Assembly (NCBI GenBank): GCA_002269645.1
Contig: NIVC01003619.1
Coordinates: 23,129 to 87,128 of the forward strand
Length of the DNA stretch: 64,000 bases
Source of the DNA: Macrostomum lignano
Lineage: Eukaryota
Reading direction: 5' to 3'
The number at the start of each line of letters is the position of its first letter. Within the stretch, counting starts at the first letter, position 1. A model generated the notes under the pieces. It did not search any database and was not told the origin of the DNA. It saw only the letters and a program-made list of their open reading frames with translations. The translations under genes and the position numbers were made by a program. This document shows, piece by piece, positions 1 to 11,238 of this stretch.

Positions 1-143
1 TGTACTAGTACTATTATGTATTAACTAGAGATACAGCCATACAAGTATCTTTATTTTATTTTTTAATGCTAATTTTTAGTTTTAATATGTAAAACTATCA
101 ATAGCAAGAGGCAATAAAACTGAAGAGAACCACAAGTGGCCTT

Positions 144-1130
144 TTAGTTCAGATGGTTGTGCCAACTTTCAGCATTGTTGTTTGTCCTATACAGCTGCCA
201 GTAAGATGACCATGATTTTGGTGGCCACATTGAACTCCTAATCCATGTTTCCTGGATGTAGGACATCCAATGCTGCAGTCCTTGGCTAGTAGCAGCTCTA
301 CATAGCAGATTAGAAAAGGCCATCAGAATGGCATGATGCAGTAGGCAAGAAAGTGACATAACATTGCGACAAAATTCTTTTACAACACAGTTCTTTTGAT
401 AAGTTGCGCTGCAAGTCCACTTCCTGAATTTTTCTCATCAGTGCTTGCCAGAAATGAAATGAGTAGCCTCATAGGTAGACACTTGGCATAATGGACTTGA
501 AGGCGCTCCACACTGATTTCTCAAAATCTAAAATAACTGTCTTTACTAAAGATTTGGCAGGCAGAAGTTGCAATAATATGTGAAACACAGCTTTGTAGTC
601 ACTTTTTTGGCAGCAGCTCATAAGGACAAAAAGAAGTGGCAGTTGCTTTATATTGTCCTGGTACTTTAGGAAAGCATGAAACATAAATAGCTAGTAAAAT
701 GGCTCTCTTATTACCTAGAACATACCATCTACAAACCAGTATTTTGCTGCAGCTAAGTGCCAGATCCCATCATTAGAATACATCAAAATGTGCCTGTGGC
801 CATCCTCATTTATGTTGCTTATATTTAGCTGATTCAGGTACTGTAGAGTAGTTGATTGCAAAATCTATTCTTGCTAGTTCCTCAGGTTACACAACTTGCC
901 TTGCTCTTTGACCAATGCACTCTAAAATTTGAGGATTAGGTATTTCAGTTGCCTTTGTAAGAAGAAATTAGGCTCCTGTTATCTCTTTCTTAAGAATGCT
1001 ACTAATAGGGCCTAGCCTTGAATGCTTCAGCCTAGCACTTATTATTGATTTAAACTTTCAGTTCTGTCACTAGTACCGTTTTGCCTGGACTGTTATGGGT
1101 ATGTTCTTCATGTATAGGACTGTTCATTTC
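144..1130 (-). mobile_element. Degenerate Mutator-like (MULE) DNA transposase remnant
   Basis: Minus-strand fragments read AAKYWFVDGMF (DGTF-like first catalytic Asp, ~720-750), QLPLLFVLMSCCQKSDYKAVF...VILDFEKSVWSAFKSIMP (MULE core with DFE motif, ORF 469-684) and YIQETWI...WPPKSWSSYWQLYRTNNNAESWHNHLN (typical MULE C-terminal RTNN-ESWH motif, ORF 144-359); broken by stops and frameshifts. Confidence 0.75.
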
Positions 1131-1139
1131 AACCCTGGT

Positions 1140-1262
1140 CCAAATTGGAGGTGAAACAGTCTGTGGCAAAAATGGTCCATGGCCAAAATGGTTTGTGGGC
1201 AAAATGGTCTAGGGGTGAAATGTCCATGGCCAAAACAGTTTATGGGCAAAATTACCAGTTAC
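1140..1262. repeat. Degenerate tandem motif array (GGCAAAATGGTC-like, ~15-bp period), possibly a transposon subterminal region
   Basis: Repeated GGC(A/C)AAAATGGT(C/T)-like words directly flanking the MULE remnant; a similar degenerate array lies at ~7830-7990. Confidence 0.45.
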
Positions 1263-1369
1263 TGGCCTACCTAGATCTAACTAGATAGCTATAAACAGTG
1301 TAGTAAAATGTCACACTATTACTAGTACCACTAGGCCTATTAATAATGTCGAACATAATGGCAATCTTT

Positions 1370-2225
1370 TGGATGACGATCATTGCTCATCATTCCATGA
1401 AAGTTGAAATCTCTGGAAACAGTTTGTTCTATCATTTTAAGAACTTCCAAATTTTATTTATATAAAACAATTTTAAGGTGATTGTCATTCAAAACCAAGA
1501 GATTGCAAACAAAATGCCTATATCATGTTTTGTAGCAAAATATTAAAGCCGGAGAACCATTCGCATTCTTTAACATTTGTTTAAGATTTAAGTAATTATA
1601 CTTATATGCCTAGTTTAACTCAGAATTTTAAATTGGCCTAGCCTTGTCTTATCCTAGGGCAGGCAGATACTCAGCATGTATCACATTTTGCATTTAAATG
1701 AAAATTTACACACACCTCATTTTAATACACAAACTATTAGTAATTTAAATGTCGGTCACTAGTCAGATCATTATATTCCATTTCGTCATATTGGATGACG
1801 AAGTGACCCAGAAGCAAAGCAGCTTTGAAAAATAATATGATGAAGTGACCAAATATTTAGTTATGCTGGATACTTCGTCATCAAACCAATAACCTGTGTG
1901 AGATTCGAGTTAGTGTAATAAACTATATTTTGTTTTTTATTAACTAAGCTGTGGCAAGCAGAACCGATCGATTGACAGGGGCAAGCAGAACCGATCGATT
2001 TACAGGTTTTATATCAATCGAGATGACAAAATGACTGGGATCATTAGGATTCCAAGTAAATGTTTAATTGCCACAATGATTCACTTGGAACTAATTAAAT
2101 GATTATTGGTGGATGACGAAATGACTCTCTTCAGGTAATGCATGCTATACTAATTAAGATGACGGTGTCCCTAGTCGAGGTAAGCACCCCAGACACCCCC
2201 AGATGACGAAATGACTAGGAACCTA
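1370..2225. mobile_element. Non-autonomous element candidate with dispersed GATGACGAAATGAC motifs
   Basis: GATGACGAA(A/G)TGAC or its reverse complement TTCGTCAT recurs about 8 times in both orientations; internal 28-bp direct repeat GGCAAGCAGAACCGATCGATT(G/T)ACAGG x2 at ~1953-2008. Confidence 0.4.
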
Positions 2226-2639
2226 AATGTCAATAAAGGCGCACAAAATTAGACAGTAATAAACTTTCCTATATTTTAAATGCAATTTTAGGGCCGAATT
2301 GAGCAAGCGGGCAGCTAACGCTAAAGTCAACACTTCCTTATTAGTAGCCCAGATATTGTGTGAGAACCATCACCTTTCCAAGAATAACTGTGTCAAAAAG
2401 GTGTACTATGGATGAAACGAAGCATGACGCAAATTTCGATGCTGTATTAGTCTATAAATTTATGTATGCGAACAAAATTTTATATTTATTACAAGTTGAA
2501 AAATATTCTAACAAAATGTTTTGTTTTGTTTTTTTGATAACGGCATGTTAAGCACAATGCATGCGTGCACATTACAATGATTTGACAGATGGCTGGTTTC
2601 AGTTTGCAAAAAATTATGTGATAGTTGCCTGGTATGGCA

Positions 2640-3222
2640 TTTCCTAAGCGGGATTTGGGCTTGGCAAGCAAAACATGTTTTGCTGCAGTTGAATGCTGGT
2701 GTAAAGTCAAAATGCCTTTTGTGTGAAGGAAAAGCTTGTCTGGCACAAATTGCAAGCTGCTTCTCAAGGCAGCTTCCCCAGAGAGCACCAGCTTCCAATC
2801 TCTTGGCCATTCTTGTTGCACTTTTTAGCCACTCTGGATTCCATTGAGTTTAACAAATTTTTGTAGGCTTAAGATAGAGCTGAAATTATCATGGTATTAT
2901 AATAACTGAACAATTAAGACCTAGACCTGCTCTGCCAAAAACATTGAGGTCTGAAGCATTGACTTTTGCACTTATGTTGCACTACTAAACTATGCACTTG
3001 CACAGAAGAGAAAGTAGCAGTTATTGGTTGTAAAGGAGACAGTAAAATAGCCAAAAGTTGCAATACACATTGCTTTTTTAACCATTGAGCAAAGTCAATT
3101 GTCAATTCTCTTAATAGAACTTTGCAAGTAAATTTTTTTTGAACAAATCATGGTCACAGTCACATATTCAACAAAAAATTCTATGCAGAAAAAACACAAA
3201 AAGTGCAGGTGTGGCAACACTG
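2640..3222 (-). mobile_element. hAT-like DNA transposon 5' fragment (TIR plus degenerate N-terminal zinc finger)
   Basis: CAGTGTTGCCACACC hAT-like terminus (reverse complement at 3208-3222); frameshifted minus-strand peptide QWNPEWLK...NGQEIGSWC...AACNLCQTSFSF..KGILTLHQHSTAAKH resembles the C-x2-C...H-x5-H finger of hAT-family transposases. Confidence 0.5.
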
Positions 3223-4569
3223 CTTTTATGGTAGACTTAGAGCCTTTTTAAAGTGGTTAGATTGTCCTTAGACTAGGCCCTATCTCATGTTGCAAGCTAT
3301 GGTGAAATAATGCTTTTGCTTTATGCTGTTTGTAGCCATATAATACTTTATAATTTAATTTTCTTAGCCTTGCTCATTTTTAGCCTTTCATTTTATTAGA
3401 CATATTAAAGTCTTGCTTTTATGCATATAGGTAATGGTACAAGTAGACCCTAGCTTCTATAACATATTGATTTTTAGACTAGATAAATAGTAGTAAATTG
3501 GTAATAGAATTCAGGCATAGCTACCACCATTAGATCTTTGTCCTAGCACTCAAGTTGAAATGGATAGGTGTTATCCATTTCTTTGTTGCTTCTAGCTACC
3601 ATTGGTTTAAGATTATAACAACTCAAATGAGGCATTGTCAGTTCAAGGTCTAGAAGTGTACCATACTCTGGCATTGTCTTAAATCTGGGCAGTTGTAGGC
3701 ACTACGTCGCACTAGGCAGGAAGTACAAGCTGCCGACTTACAAATTCTCTTTGTAGATAGTTGTAAATTCTATGAATTCTATGAATTCTATGAATTTACA
3801 ACATATTTGCATAGTCAAATATATAATAATGTTACACATTATACATTATATATCAATGCACATTGGGGTTGGATGCAGATATATAAATAGTAATGGCATA
3901 GGAGGGTCTGACCTCTACTATATAAGCTCAGAAGGGATGCCTTCCCTCTGGCCACCCTGATGTTACATGACCCAACTGAGCCCCTGCACTGAGGCCAAGC
4001 CCACATCACCACCCTGTGGTGGGCCACACTGATAAAGGACTTGCTGAGCATTGGCCTATCTACCTTTGACCACCACTAACTGTTCCCCAGCCTGTTAAAA
4101 CTGTGTGCTTGCTAGAATTGGCTAGTGTCATTAATAATAATAATAACTATAGTTAATGCACTAACACTAATGTACTATATATATTGTATAATGCATTATT
4201 GTAATGCATTTAATAGCCTATAACAAACTACTTAAGCTCTATTCCAAAAAATCTTGGCTCATTAGGGTTCTAATGTCTTCCTAGTGGCATGACTCCTTTT
4301 AGATTAGGGCCCAAGCCTAGCATTCCCTTTGCTTGCCACTCTATAAGGTATAAGACAGAAGGGAGTGGAGTAGGCATGCTGTTGGTCTGATTTTATATAT
4401 TAAAAGCACAAGAGCTTCCCCACTCTTCTCCACAAGTTTTTCCTCATTTTTGTCACTTGAACATTAGTCCTGATCTCCACTGGAGTTGCTACTTTTTTAT
4501 AACATATAAGCTTCCTTGTCTTCAAATCTTATTTCAGATTTTTGCTGAGCCAAACACTAGTGCTGGTCA

Positions 4570-5781
4570 ATGGCTCATATTGTCAAGTCTGTGAAGGTGA
4601 GCGCATGGTTTTCAATTTGCTTTGACAAATCCAGATGTTAACATATTTTTCCTGCTACCATTAGTAGTCTGTTGGGCTTTGCTCTGTACGCACAATTTGA
4701 CAATCATTTTTGCAGGGTCTCCGCGTGCTGGTGACGGGCGGTGGCTCCGGCCTGGGCAGCGCCACGGTGAAACGGATGCTGGAGGGCGGCGCCCGCGTCA
4801 TCGCTTGCGACCTAGCCGGCGAGGACAGCCTGCCGAAGGGCGCCGTCTTCCAGAAGACCGACGTCACCTGCGAGAAGGAGGTTGGCGCCGCACTAGCCGC
4901 CGCCACCAAGCAGTTCGGCGGCCTGGACGTCGCCGTCAACTGCGCTGGCATCGGCGTCGCCCAGCGCACCTACAATTGGAACAAGGACGCCGTGCACCCG
5001 TTGAAGGAGTTCGCCAGGGTGCTGGAGGTGAACGCCTGCGGCACTTTTAATGTGTGCCGGCTGGCCGCGCAGCTCATGGCCAAGAATGAGCCGAACGAAG
5101 ACGGCAGCCGTGGCGTGCTGGTGAACACCGCCTCGGTAGCAGCCTTCGACGGCCAGGTGGGCCAGGTCGCCTACTCAGCCAGCAAGGGCGCCATCGTGGG
5201 CCTCACGCTGCCCATGGCCCGCGACCTCAGCCCCATCGGCATCCGGGTGGTCACCATTGCACCGGGTGAGGAAACTGATTGCAGTGGCTTTGGAATTGTA
5301 GTTAGTGACTGGGTTCTGGATGCTCATTTGGGATACTCATTCAGGTGATTGGGAAACTCATTCAGGGATTTGGGATACTCATTCAGGTGATGGGAAACTC
5401 ATTCAGGGATTTAGGATAGTCATTCAGGGATTGGGATACTCATTCAGGGATTGGGATTTGGGAAGCTCATTCAGGTGATTGGGAAACTCATTCAGGGATT
5501 TGGGAAACTCATTCAGGGGTTTGGGATACTCATTCAAGGATTGGGATACCTCGCTAGTTGATGACTGGCGCTGCACCCCGTACTCTGCAGGCCTGTTCGA
5601 CACGCCCCTGCTGGCCAAGCTGCCAGAGAAGGCCCGCAAGCTGCTGGCGGCTAACGTGCCGTTCCCACAGCGGCTGGGCGACCCTGCAGAGTACGCGCAC
5701 CTGGTAGAAGCCATCGTCACTAACCCCATGCTGAATGGGGAGTGCATCCGGCTGGACGGAGCCCTCCGGATGATGCCTTGA
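4570..5781 (+). CDS. HSD17B10: 3-hydroxyacyl-CoA dehydrogenase type-2 / 17-beta-HSD10 (scully-like SDR); exons 4570-4596, 4716-5265, 5591-5781
   Basis: MAHIVKSVK|[14 protein letters not shown] (Rossmann TGxxxGxG), [29 protein letters not shown] (YxxxK), RVVTIAP|GLFDTPLL...[39 protein letters not shown]; GT-AG junctions keep frame. Confidence 0.96.
5328..5545. repeat. Intronic minisatellite, ~20-bp unit TTGGGA(T/A)ACTCATTCAGG(G/T)GA (HSD17B10 intron 2)
   Basis: About 10 visible tandem copies inside intron 5266-5590. Confidence 0.9.
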
Positions 5782-6585
5782 GTTCATGATCAATCTGACA
5801 GATTCACCCGGTAAAATCATGCCGCCCCCGCTCTAATTGTCGCTGCCCAAATTTTGAACGGGCAGCTTTTGCTCTCGGTTTTGTTATTACGAATTCGCGT
5901 TCCAATCTTTTTGCAACCTACGAAATAAACACAAATTCTATTGCGATTGGCGGATGGACAGTTTTAATTGTCAAAAAATCCAGTTGCTTCCAGCAACAGC
6001 AAGGCGAGAACTCGCTAATTCTGCATTTATTGTATTTGCGCCAGCGATGCGGCAGGTTAATTAGCAGGCAATTAATAATCTGGAAAATATAAAAAACGGC
6101 ATGAATTTGATCATAAATAGCCACTAACAATTGAGCATAAAAATCACTACTACTCATAGTAGTATGCGCAGCTTACGAGGGCAGAAACTCGTGTAGAAAA
6201 TCTCAAACATAAAATAGACCATTGTGACCTGCAGCCTGACTGGAGAGAAAAGCGCCGAGACCTCTTGAGAATATCTTGACAACTGAGAACATTACGAATA
6301 AGATTAGGATAATCATTAGTGTGCAGAGGGATAAAAACAGCCGCTCTCGCGTACAGTACCAATTGTACAGGCTGGCGTGCATGCAAATTCTGTACAGGGT
6401 TTTAGGCGATTTTATTAAATTGTTAATATATTCTGACAGACACAAGTTCAAAGCATTGGGAATTCAGAGCACAATAAGAAAATGCGTGCACAAAAATCTC
6501 ACTGCAGAGCGTTGCAGTTCTCAAGGCTTTATCAAATAATGAAGCCAAGGCATAAAAACTAACTGGAAAGAGGCACACCTCAGCA

Positions 6586-6895
6586 TCATCTGAACAGAAA
6601 CACGTACACCAGCATGAGCACACCTGAGCACCATCTGAACAGGAACACGTACACCAGCATGAGCACACCTGAGCACCATCTGAACAGGAACACGTACACC
6701 AGCATGAGCACACCTGAGCACCATCTGAACAGGAACACGTACACCAGCATGAGCACACCTGAGCACCATCTGAACAGGAACACGTACACCAGCATGAGCA
6801 CACCTCAGCATCATCTGAACAGAAACACGTACACCAGCATGAGCACACCTGAGCATTATCTGAACAGGAACACGTACACCAGCATGAGCATCAGC
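6586..6895. repeat. 45-bp minisatellite (~7 copies) overlapping the 3' end of the GOSR1-like ORF
   Basis: ATGAGCACACCTGAGCACCATCTGAACAGGAACACGTACACCAGC unit at 6614, 6659, 6704 etc.; on the minus strand each unit encodes MLMLVYVFLFR(W/stop)CSGV. Confidence 0.95.
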
Positions 6896-7587
6896 AGACA
6901 GCCGGCTCCAACGCAGGCTGTGGCTGCCTCGCGCGGACGCCGAGGCGCCCGTAGGTGCCGTCGCCGTCGCCAGCCAAGAACTCGCCGCAGGAGGTCCTGG
7001 GGGCAGGGCCAGGGCAGCTGTTGCTGCCGATGCGAAGGCGACATCAGCGGTGATTCGGCAGATTCGTCTGGGTCAGCACAGACGCCGATGTCAATCAGGG
7101 TGGCGTCCTGTCGCAGCTTGGAAGCCCCTGTCTGCTGCGGCGGTGGAGACGGCGGCGGCGAAGTCGGGTCGACCCCGAAGTCGCCCGCATTTGCCGCCAC
7201 GGAAGAGGCAGCTGCGACGGCGGCTGCGGCGGCGGCTGTGGCAGCAGCCCAGCAGCGGCGCCCAATGCGGAGCCACTCGCGCCGATACTCGTCCAGGGTG
7301 TCCCGATGCCGCTGCAGCTGCCACTGCCGACCCCAGCTGCCCCTAGCCGTGTTGGCGGTGGCAGCGGCCATGTGCTGGTGGCAGGCCTCCAGCTCTGCCA
7401 GCAGCCGCTCCACCTCGGCGTCGTGCGAGTCGCCCTCCTGACCGCCCCCGTGGCGCCGGCAGCTGGCCAGCTCCACCAGCTGGCGGTCCAGCGCTGACTC
7501 CAGCTGGCGAGCCCGGCGTCTGGCAGCCTCCCAGGCGGCGCTGCCCTCGCCATTGGCAAAGCTGCTTGCAGCGTTGGCTTGGCGCAT
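6856..7587 (-). CDS. GOSR1: Divergent Golgi SNAP receptor complex member 1 (GOS-28)-like tail-anchored SNARE, single coding exon, 243 aa
   Basis: AWEAARRRARQLESALDRQLVEL, AEVERLLAELEACHQHM and WQLQRHRDTLDEYRREW match the GOSR1 N-terminal helices (WEDLRKQARQLENELDLKLV; EIEQLLARL; HTLQRHRDILQDYTHEF, recalled); basic RRRR patch then C-terminal hydrophobic tail ACVGAGCLLMLMLVYVFLFR-stop. Confidence 0.75.
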   Translation of the reverse strand: MRQANAASSFANGEGSAAWEAARRRARQLESALDRQLVELASCRRHGGGQEGDSHDAEVERLLAELEACHQHMAAATANTARGSWGRQWQLQRHRDTLDEYRREWLRIGRRCWAAATAAAAAAVAAASSVAANAGDFGVDPTSPPPSPPPQQTGASKLRQDATLIDIGVCADPDESAESPLMSPSHRQQQLPWPCPQDLLRRVLGWRRRRHLRAPRRPREAATACVGAGCLLMLMLVYVFLFR

Positions 7588-9325
7588 TGGCTGGCTGGAG
7601 GGAGAGGCGGCTGCTGGCGGGAAAGAAAGTTGGCTTGTGTGGGCTCGGCGGCAGGAAGTGAGAATGAAATCAGCTGCAGCTTTGAAGCTTTGGGTTCAAC
7701 ACCTTGGTACTTAGGAGAAGATAGTAAATCATAGTAAGTCTTAATATGATAATAACTGCATATCAAATTCATATTTTTCATTTCTATAGTCCCCTAAATC
7801 TCTATTTTAATACTTACATTAAGCATTGGGGGCAATCTAGACAAAATTTGCACATGGCTAAATGTGTTACAGGAAAAAACATTGTGGACAATGTTTGGTA
7901 GACCAGCTTGGCAAGCAATTCACTGGCAGTAAAATTGCACTATGGAAAATCTTGGTAGGCAATTTGTCTGCAGGCAATTCTTATGGACCTAGTCTTAATA
8001 TATTTATAGTTTGAAACCACCTTTAGATAACTCTAACTTCCATAAAAAACAACAATAGTCATACAAGCATTTTCTCTTAGGCATTATTTAAACAATATTA
8101 CAATCTTTATATAATATCCTATAATCAAGCTGAATATAAAAATGGAGCTATAAGTTCTTGCAGTTTTCTAAAACAGATTATTATACTTCTTTAACAGCAG
8201 AAATAAAGTATCCTATCAATAAAGCAATTGATAATGCATAACCATTTAATAATGCTTAAAAAACTGTATCTTAACATTGCTTTATTTAATTAAAATTATC
8301 TTGGTATAATAAATGATGTCCCTCCTATCAAAATCAAAGGCTATGCATAATGCAATTAATTTGTGTTAGGCTATCAAGCTTTAAACCTTAAGCTTAAATA
8401 GATACAATAAAGCCAAGAAGACAAGGTGGCAACTGCTTACCAAAAAATTATTAGGGGAAAGGAGCATTTCTTTCCTAATTTTTTAATAGTATAATAATAT
8501 TAATAACCATATTATACTATAATATACTTATACCAAAATATCAAAAAGGTTTTTTATTAAAAAATATTCAAGTTTGCTCTTATCTTAGTCTTATGATTTT
8601 TATCTTGTCCTTCTAAATCTAATATTTTATTCTTTCACTATATTTGGACCTAAACCCTATAGCTACTATAATAATTCAATATTATCTAGTCTAGGTATCT
8701 AATAATATACTAAAAAGTATATATTTTTTCAATTAGGCTAAGATTTAAAAATCTAAATATTTCTATATTAAAATTTTAATTTTAAATACTTTTCAATGAA
8801 TGACTATATATAAATTATATGATATATATAGCATTGGTTAATAACTAAACTTAGGTTTCCTTAAAATCAATATAGGCCTTAAGCCTAGCTGCTAGCTAAA
8901 TTTCTTTAGATTTTACTAGATTAGGGTACAAAATACTATGGGTTAGGGTTAAGATGTTTATATCCTTTGGGAAACATAGTCCATAGATAGGCCTAGCCTA
9001 GATCTTGCATACAAACCTTAGAGATTTAGTATATTTAGATATCCTTTGGGAAATATAAATAGGCCTAGCCTAGTATAATTTACTTATATATTATAGCTTT
9101 ATTTATAGTATTTAACCTTTTGCACATTGTCATATTTGTTACACAATGGTATAACTTGTATTACCTAGACCTAGTTGTAGGCATATACTGATATGCAGTA
9201 GGCTTATGCTTTTAGTTATGTGCTTATTTTTTTCTGCCTCTGCCAGCTAGTAGGTAGTAGCCAGTAGGCCTAGCCCTACATTAAAAATAAAATGAATTTA
9301 ATAGGGGGCCTATTGTAGGATAAAC

Positions 9326-9500
9326 ATAGCAGCAGATTTAGAGGGGAGGCGCACAGGGTGCCTTCCCCCATTGAGTTTGATTTTTTTGATTTTTATATGG
9401 AAAATACACTTTATCATATACATACTTGTACATGATATGAATATATATATGTACCTTAGTAGTCTGCACCCCCTGTTCAAAATTTTCTGGATCCACTACT
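9326..9500. mobile_element. hAT-type MITE with 8-bp target-site duplication
   Basis: GGATAAAC direct repeat at 9318-9325 and 9501-9508; imperfect termini (ATAGCAGCAGATTTAG / reverse complement AGTAGTGGATCCAG) followed by G-rich subterminal tracts. Confidence 0.65.
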
Positions 9501-9912
9501 GGATAAACAGTATTTTATTTACAGGTCCCCCAGATAGCTAAAATCTCAATGCATTAAAATATGGATTTCTTCCACTGTTCTCTGTTCTTCATATAAAATT
9601 TCATCATAGTGAAAGCATACTGCCAAAATTTCATGTTATTTTTGTCCTGTTTTCGAATGTCTTGTTGTGGTTGTTAACTGTGAAAAGTGATAGGCCTAGG
9701 CCTAATGAGGTACAGGCATATTGTTTATCGCTGTCACTGTGCCTAAGAATATGATACGATACTAATCATCTGAATGCTTAGCCACAAAGCCGCTTATCTA
9801 GGAATGATGCAGGCCAAACCTGAATTGGAAATTTTATGCGCACGTCGAAATCTGCCTATATTTTGCTTTGAAATATTGCATGATAGGTTTTCAGCTCTCT
9901 GGAAGGATTTAT

Positions 9913-10090
9913 TGGGTTCACCGCCGGTTTCACCCCCCCCCCAAAAAAAAATAACAAAAATCGCCCTCCTGATGTCCAGGGGCAACGCGCAGAGCCAAAA
10001 ATCTAGGCGCATCTCTAGTTTTACTTGCGCTATCGATTATATATATTTCCAACCCTTAAAAATAAAGTTAAAAATCCGGTGAACCCAACA
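9913..10090. mobile_element. MITE-like element bounded by inverted repeats
   Basis: TTGGGTTCACCG at ~9913 is the reverse complement of CGGTGAACCCAA at ~10077-10088. Confidence 0.4.
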
Positions 10091-10379
10091 GCCGGTGAAT
10101 TCAGTAGTTAGTTAAATTTCGATGAATTTTGCACGACAGAAATTCTTGTTTAAATTTATTTGAATTGGAAAATAACTAAATAACGATCTCGCTAATTGAC
10201 GACAAGCGGGATGATAGACCAATTTTATCTAAGAGCCAACCTTAATGTGAATTCTTTTGAGAAACGGGCTCTTAAATCAGGCCTGTTTTTTTGAGGCGCA
10301 ATTTAAATCAAATGAGTCGAATGACATTATATACGCGTACAATGCCAAGAACGCACTCCAATATAAAGGGAAGGGGTGG

Positions 10380-10535
10380 CAGGCTGGCAGCAGCAGGCTA
10401 CATGAGACAAACTCCGATGGGACGGCAGCAGCAGATGAGACACACTTCAAAGGGGCGGCGCAGCAGCAGATGACGCGACGAGACGCACTCTGAAGGGTCG
10501 CGGGCGGCAGTAGCAGATGAGACGCACTCCGAGGG
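10380..10535. repeat. Degenerate ~35-45-bp tandem repeat (GGCAGCAGCAGATGAGAC...ACT core, 4 copies)
   Basis: Four imperfect copies of GCAG(C/T)AG...ATGAGAC(A/G)(C/A)ACT. Confidence 0.7.
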
Positions 10536-11056
10536 TGAATTAAATATTCATCATTAAACTTAAAAGAAGTTAAAATTTTTAAGTAACACGCATGTATTAT
10601 GATGGTTTCAACATCCAAATTTTAATTTGAGCAAAATTTTAAAGCAGTCCAGCCGGGGCAAGCATGATACGAGCAGTGCGCGCGCTTCTCTCATGTTGAT
10701 TAAATTGAATTGAATAAAGTGTACATTTTAATCCTGATGCAAGGCTTGTGGTTGTGACTCATGCTTCTGGATTGATCATGACATTTTTGATTGGAATCCC
10801 GTTAGAATGGTCAAACTCGCAGTTATCGACCTCGCTTATGTTCTTGCAAAAAAAGATTCTTGAGTGCGTGTAGCTAAATTGTCCAAGCTCTTCCGAGGGC
10901 CGCGACCGCGATGAATATGAATGAGACTAATCTGTGTGGCATTGCAGCGAATTGAAATTAAAACCGAAACAGGAAAAAACGTTGACTAAAGAAAATTTGG
11001 GATGAGAACATATACAGGCAGTTCAATAATTGCATGTCTGGCTTGTGCCTCTTCAC

Positions 11057-11238
11057 CAGGGGCGGCGGAGCCTAATATTTGAGGGGGGCACCGGGCACAG
11101 GGCAAGGGGGACACAGGTACCTTTATAAGCTGCTAATTAAGACCTAAAATCAGAAAAAACACTAAAAATTACCGCGTGGACTCATTTTCTGGGGGGGGGG
11201 GCACGTGCCCCCGGTGCCGCAAGCTCCCGCCGCCCATG
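11057..11238. mobile_element. hAT-family MITE with perfect 8-bp TSD
   Basis: TIRs CAGGGGCGGCGGAGC and (reverse complement) CATGGGCGGCGGGAGC; CTCTTCAC duplicated at 11049-11056 and 11239-11246; GGGGGGCAC(G/C) subterminal motifs. Confidence 0.88.
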
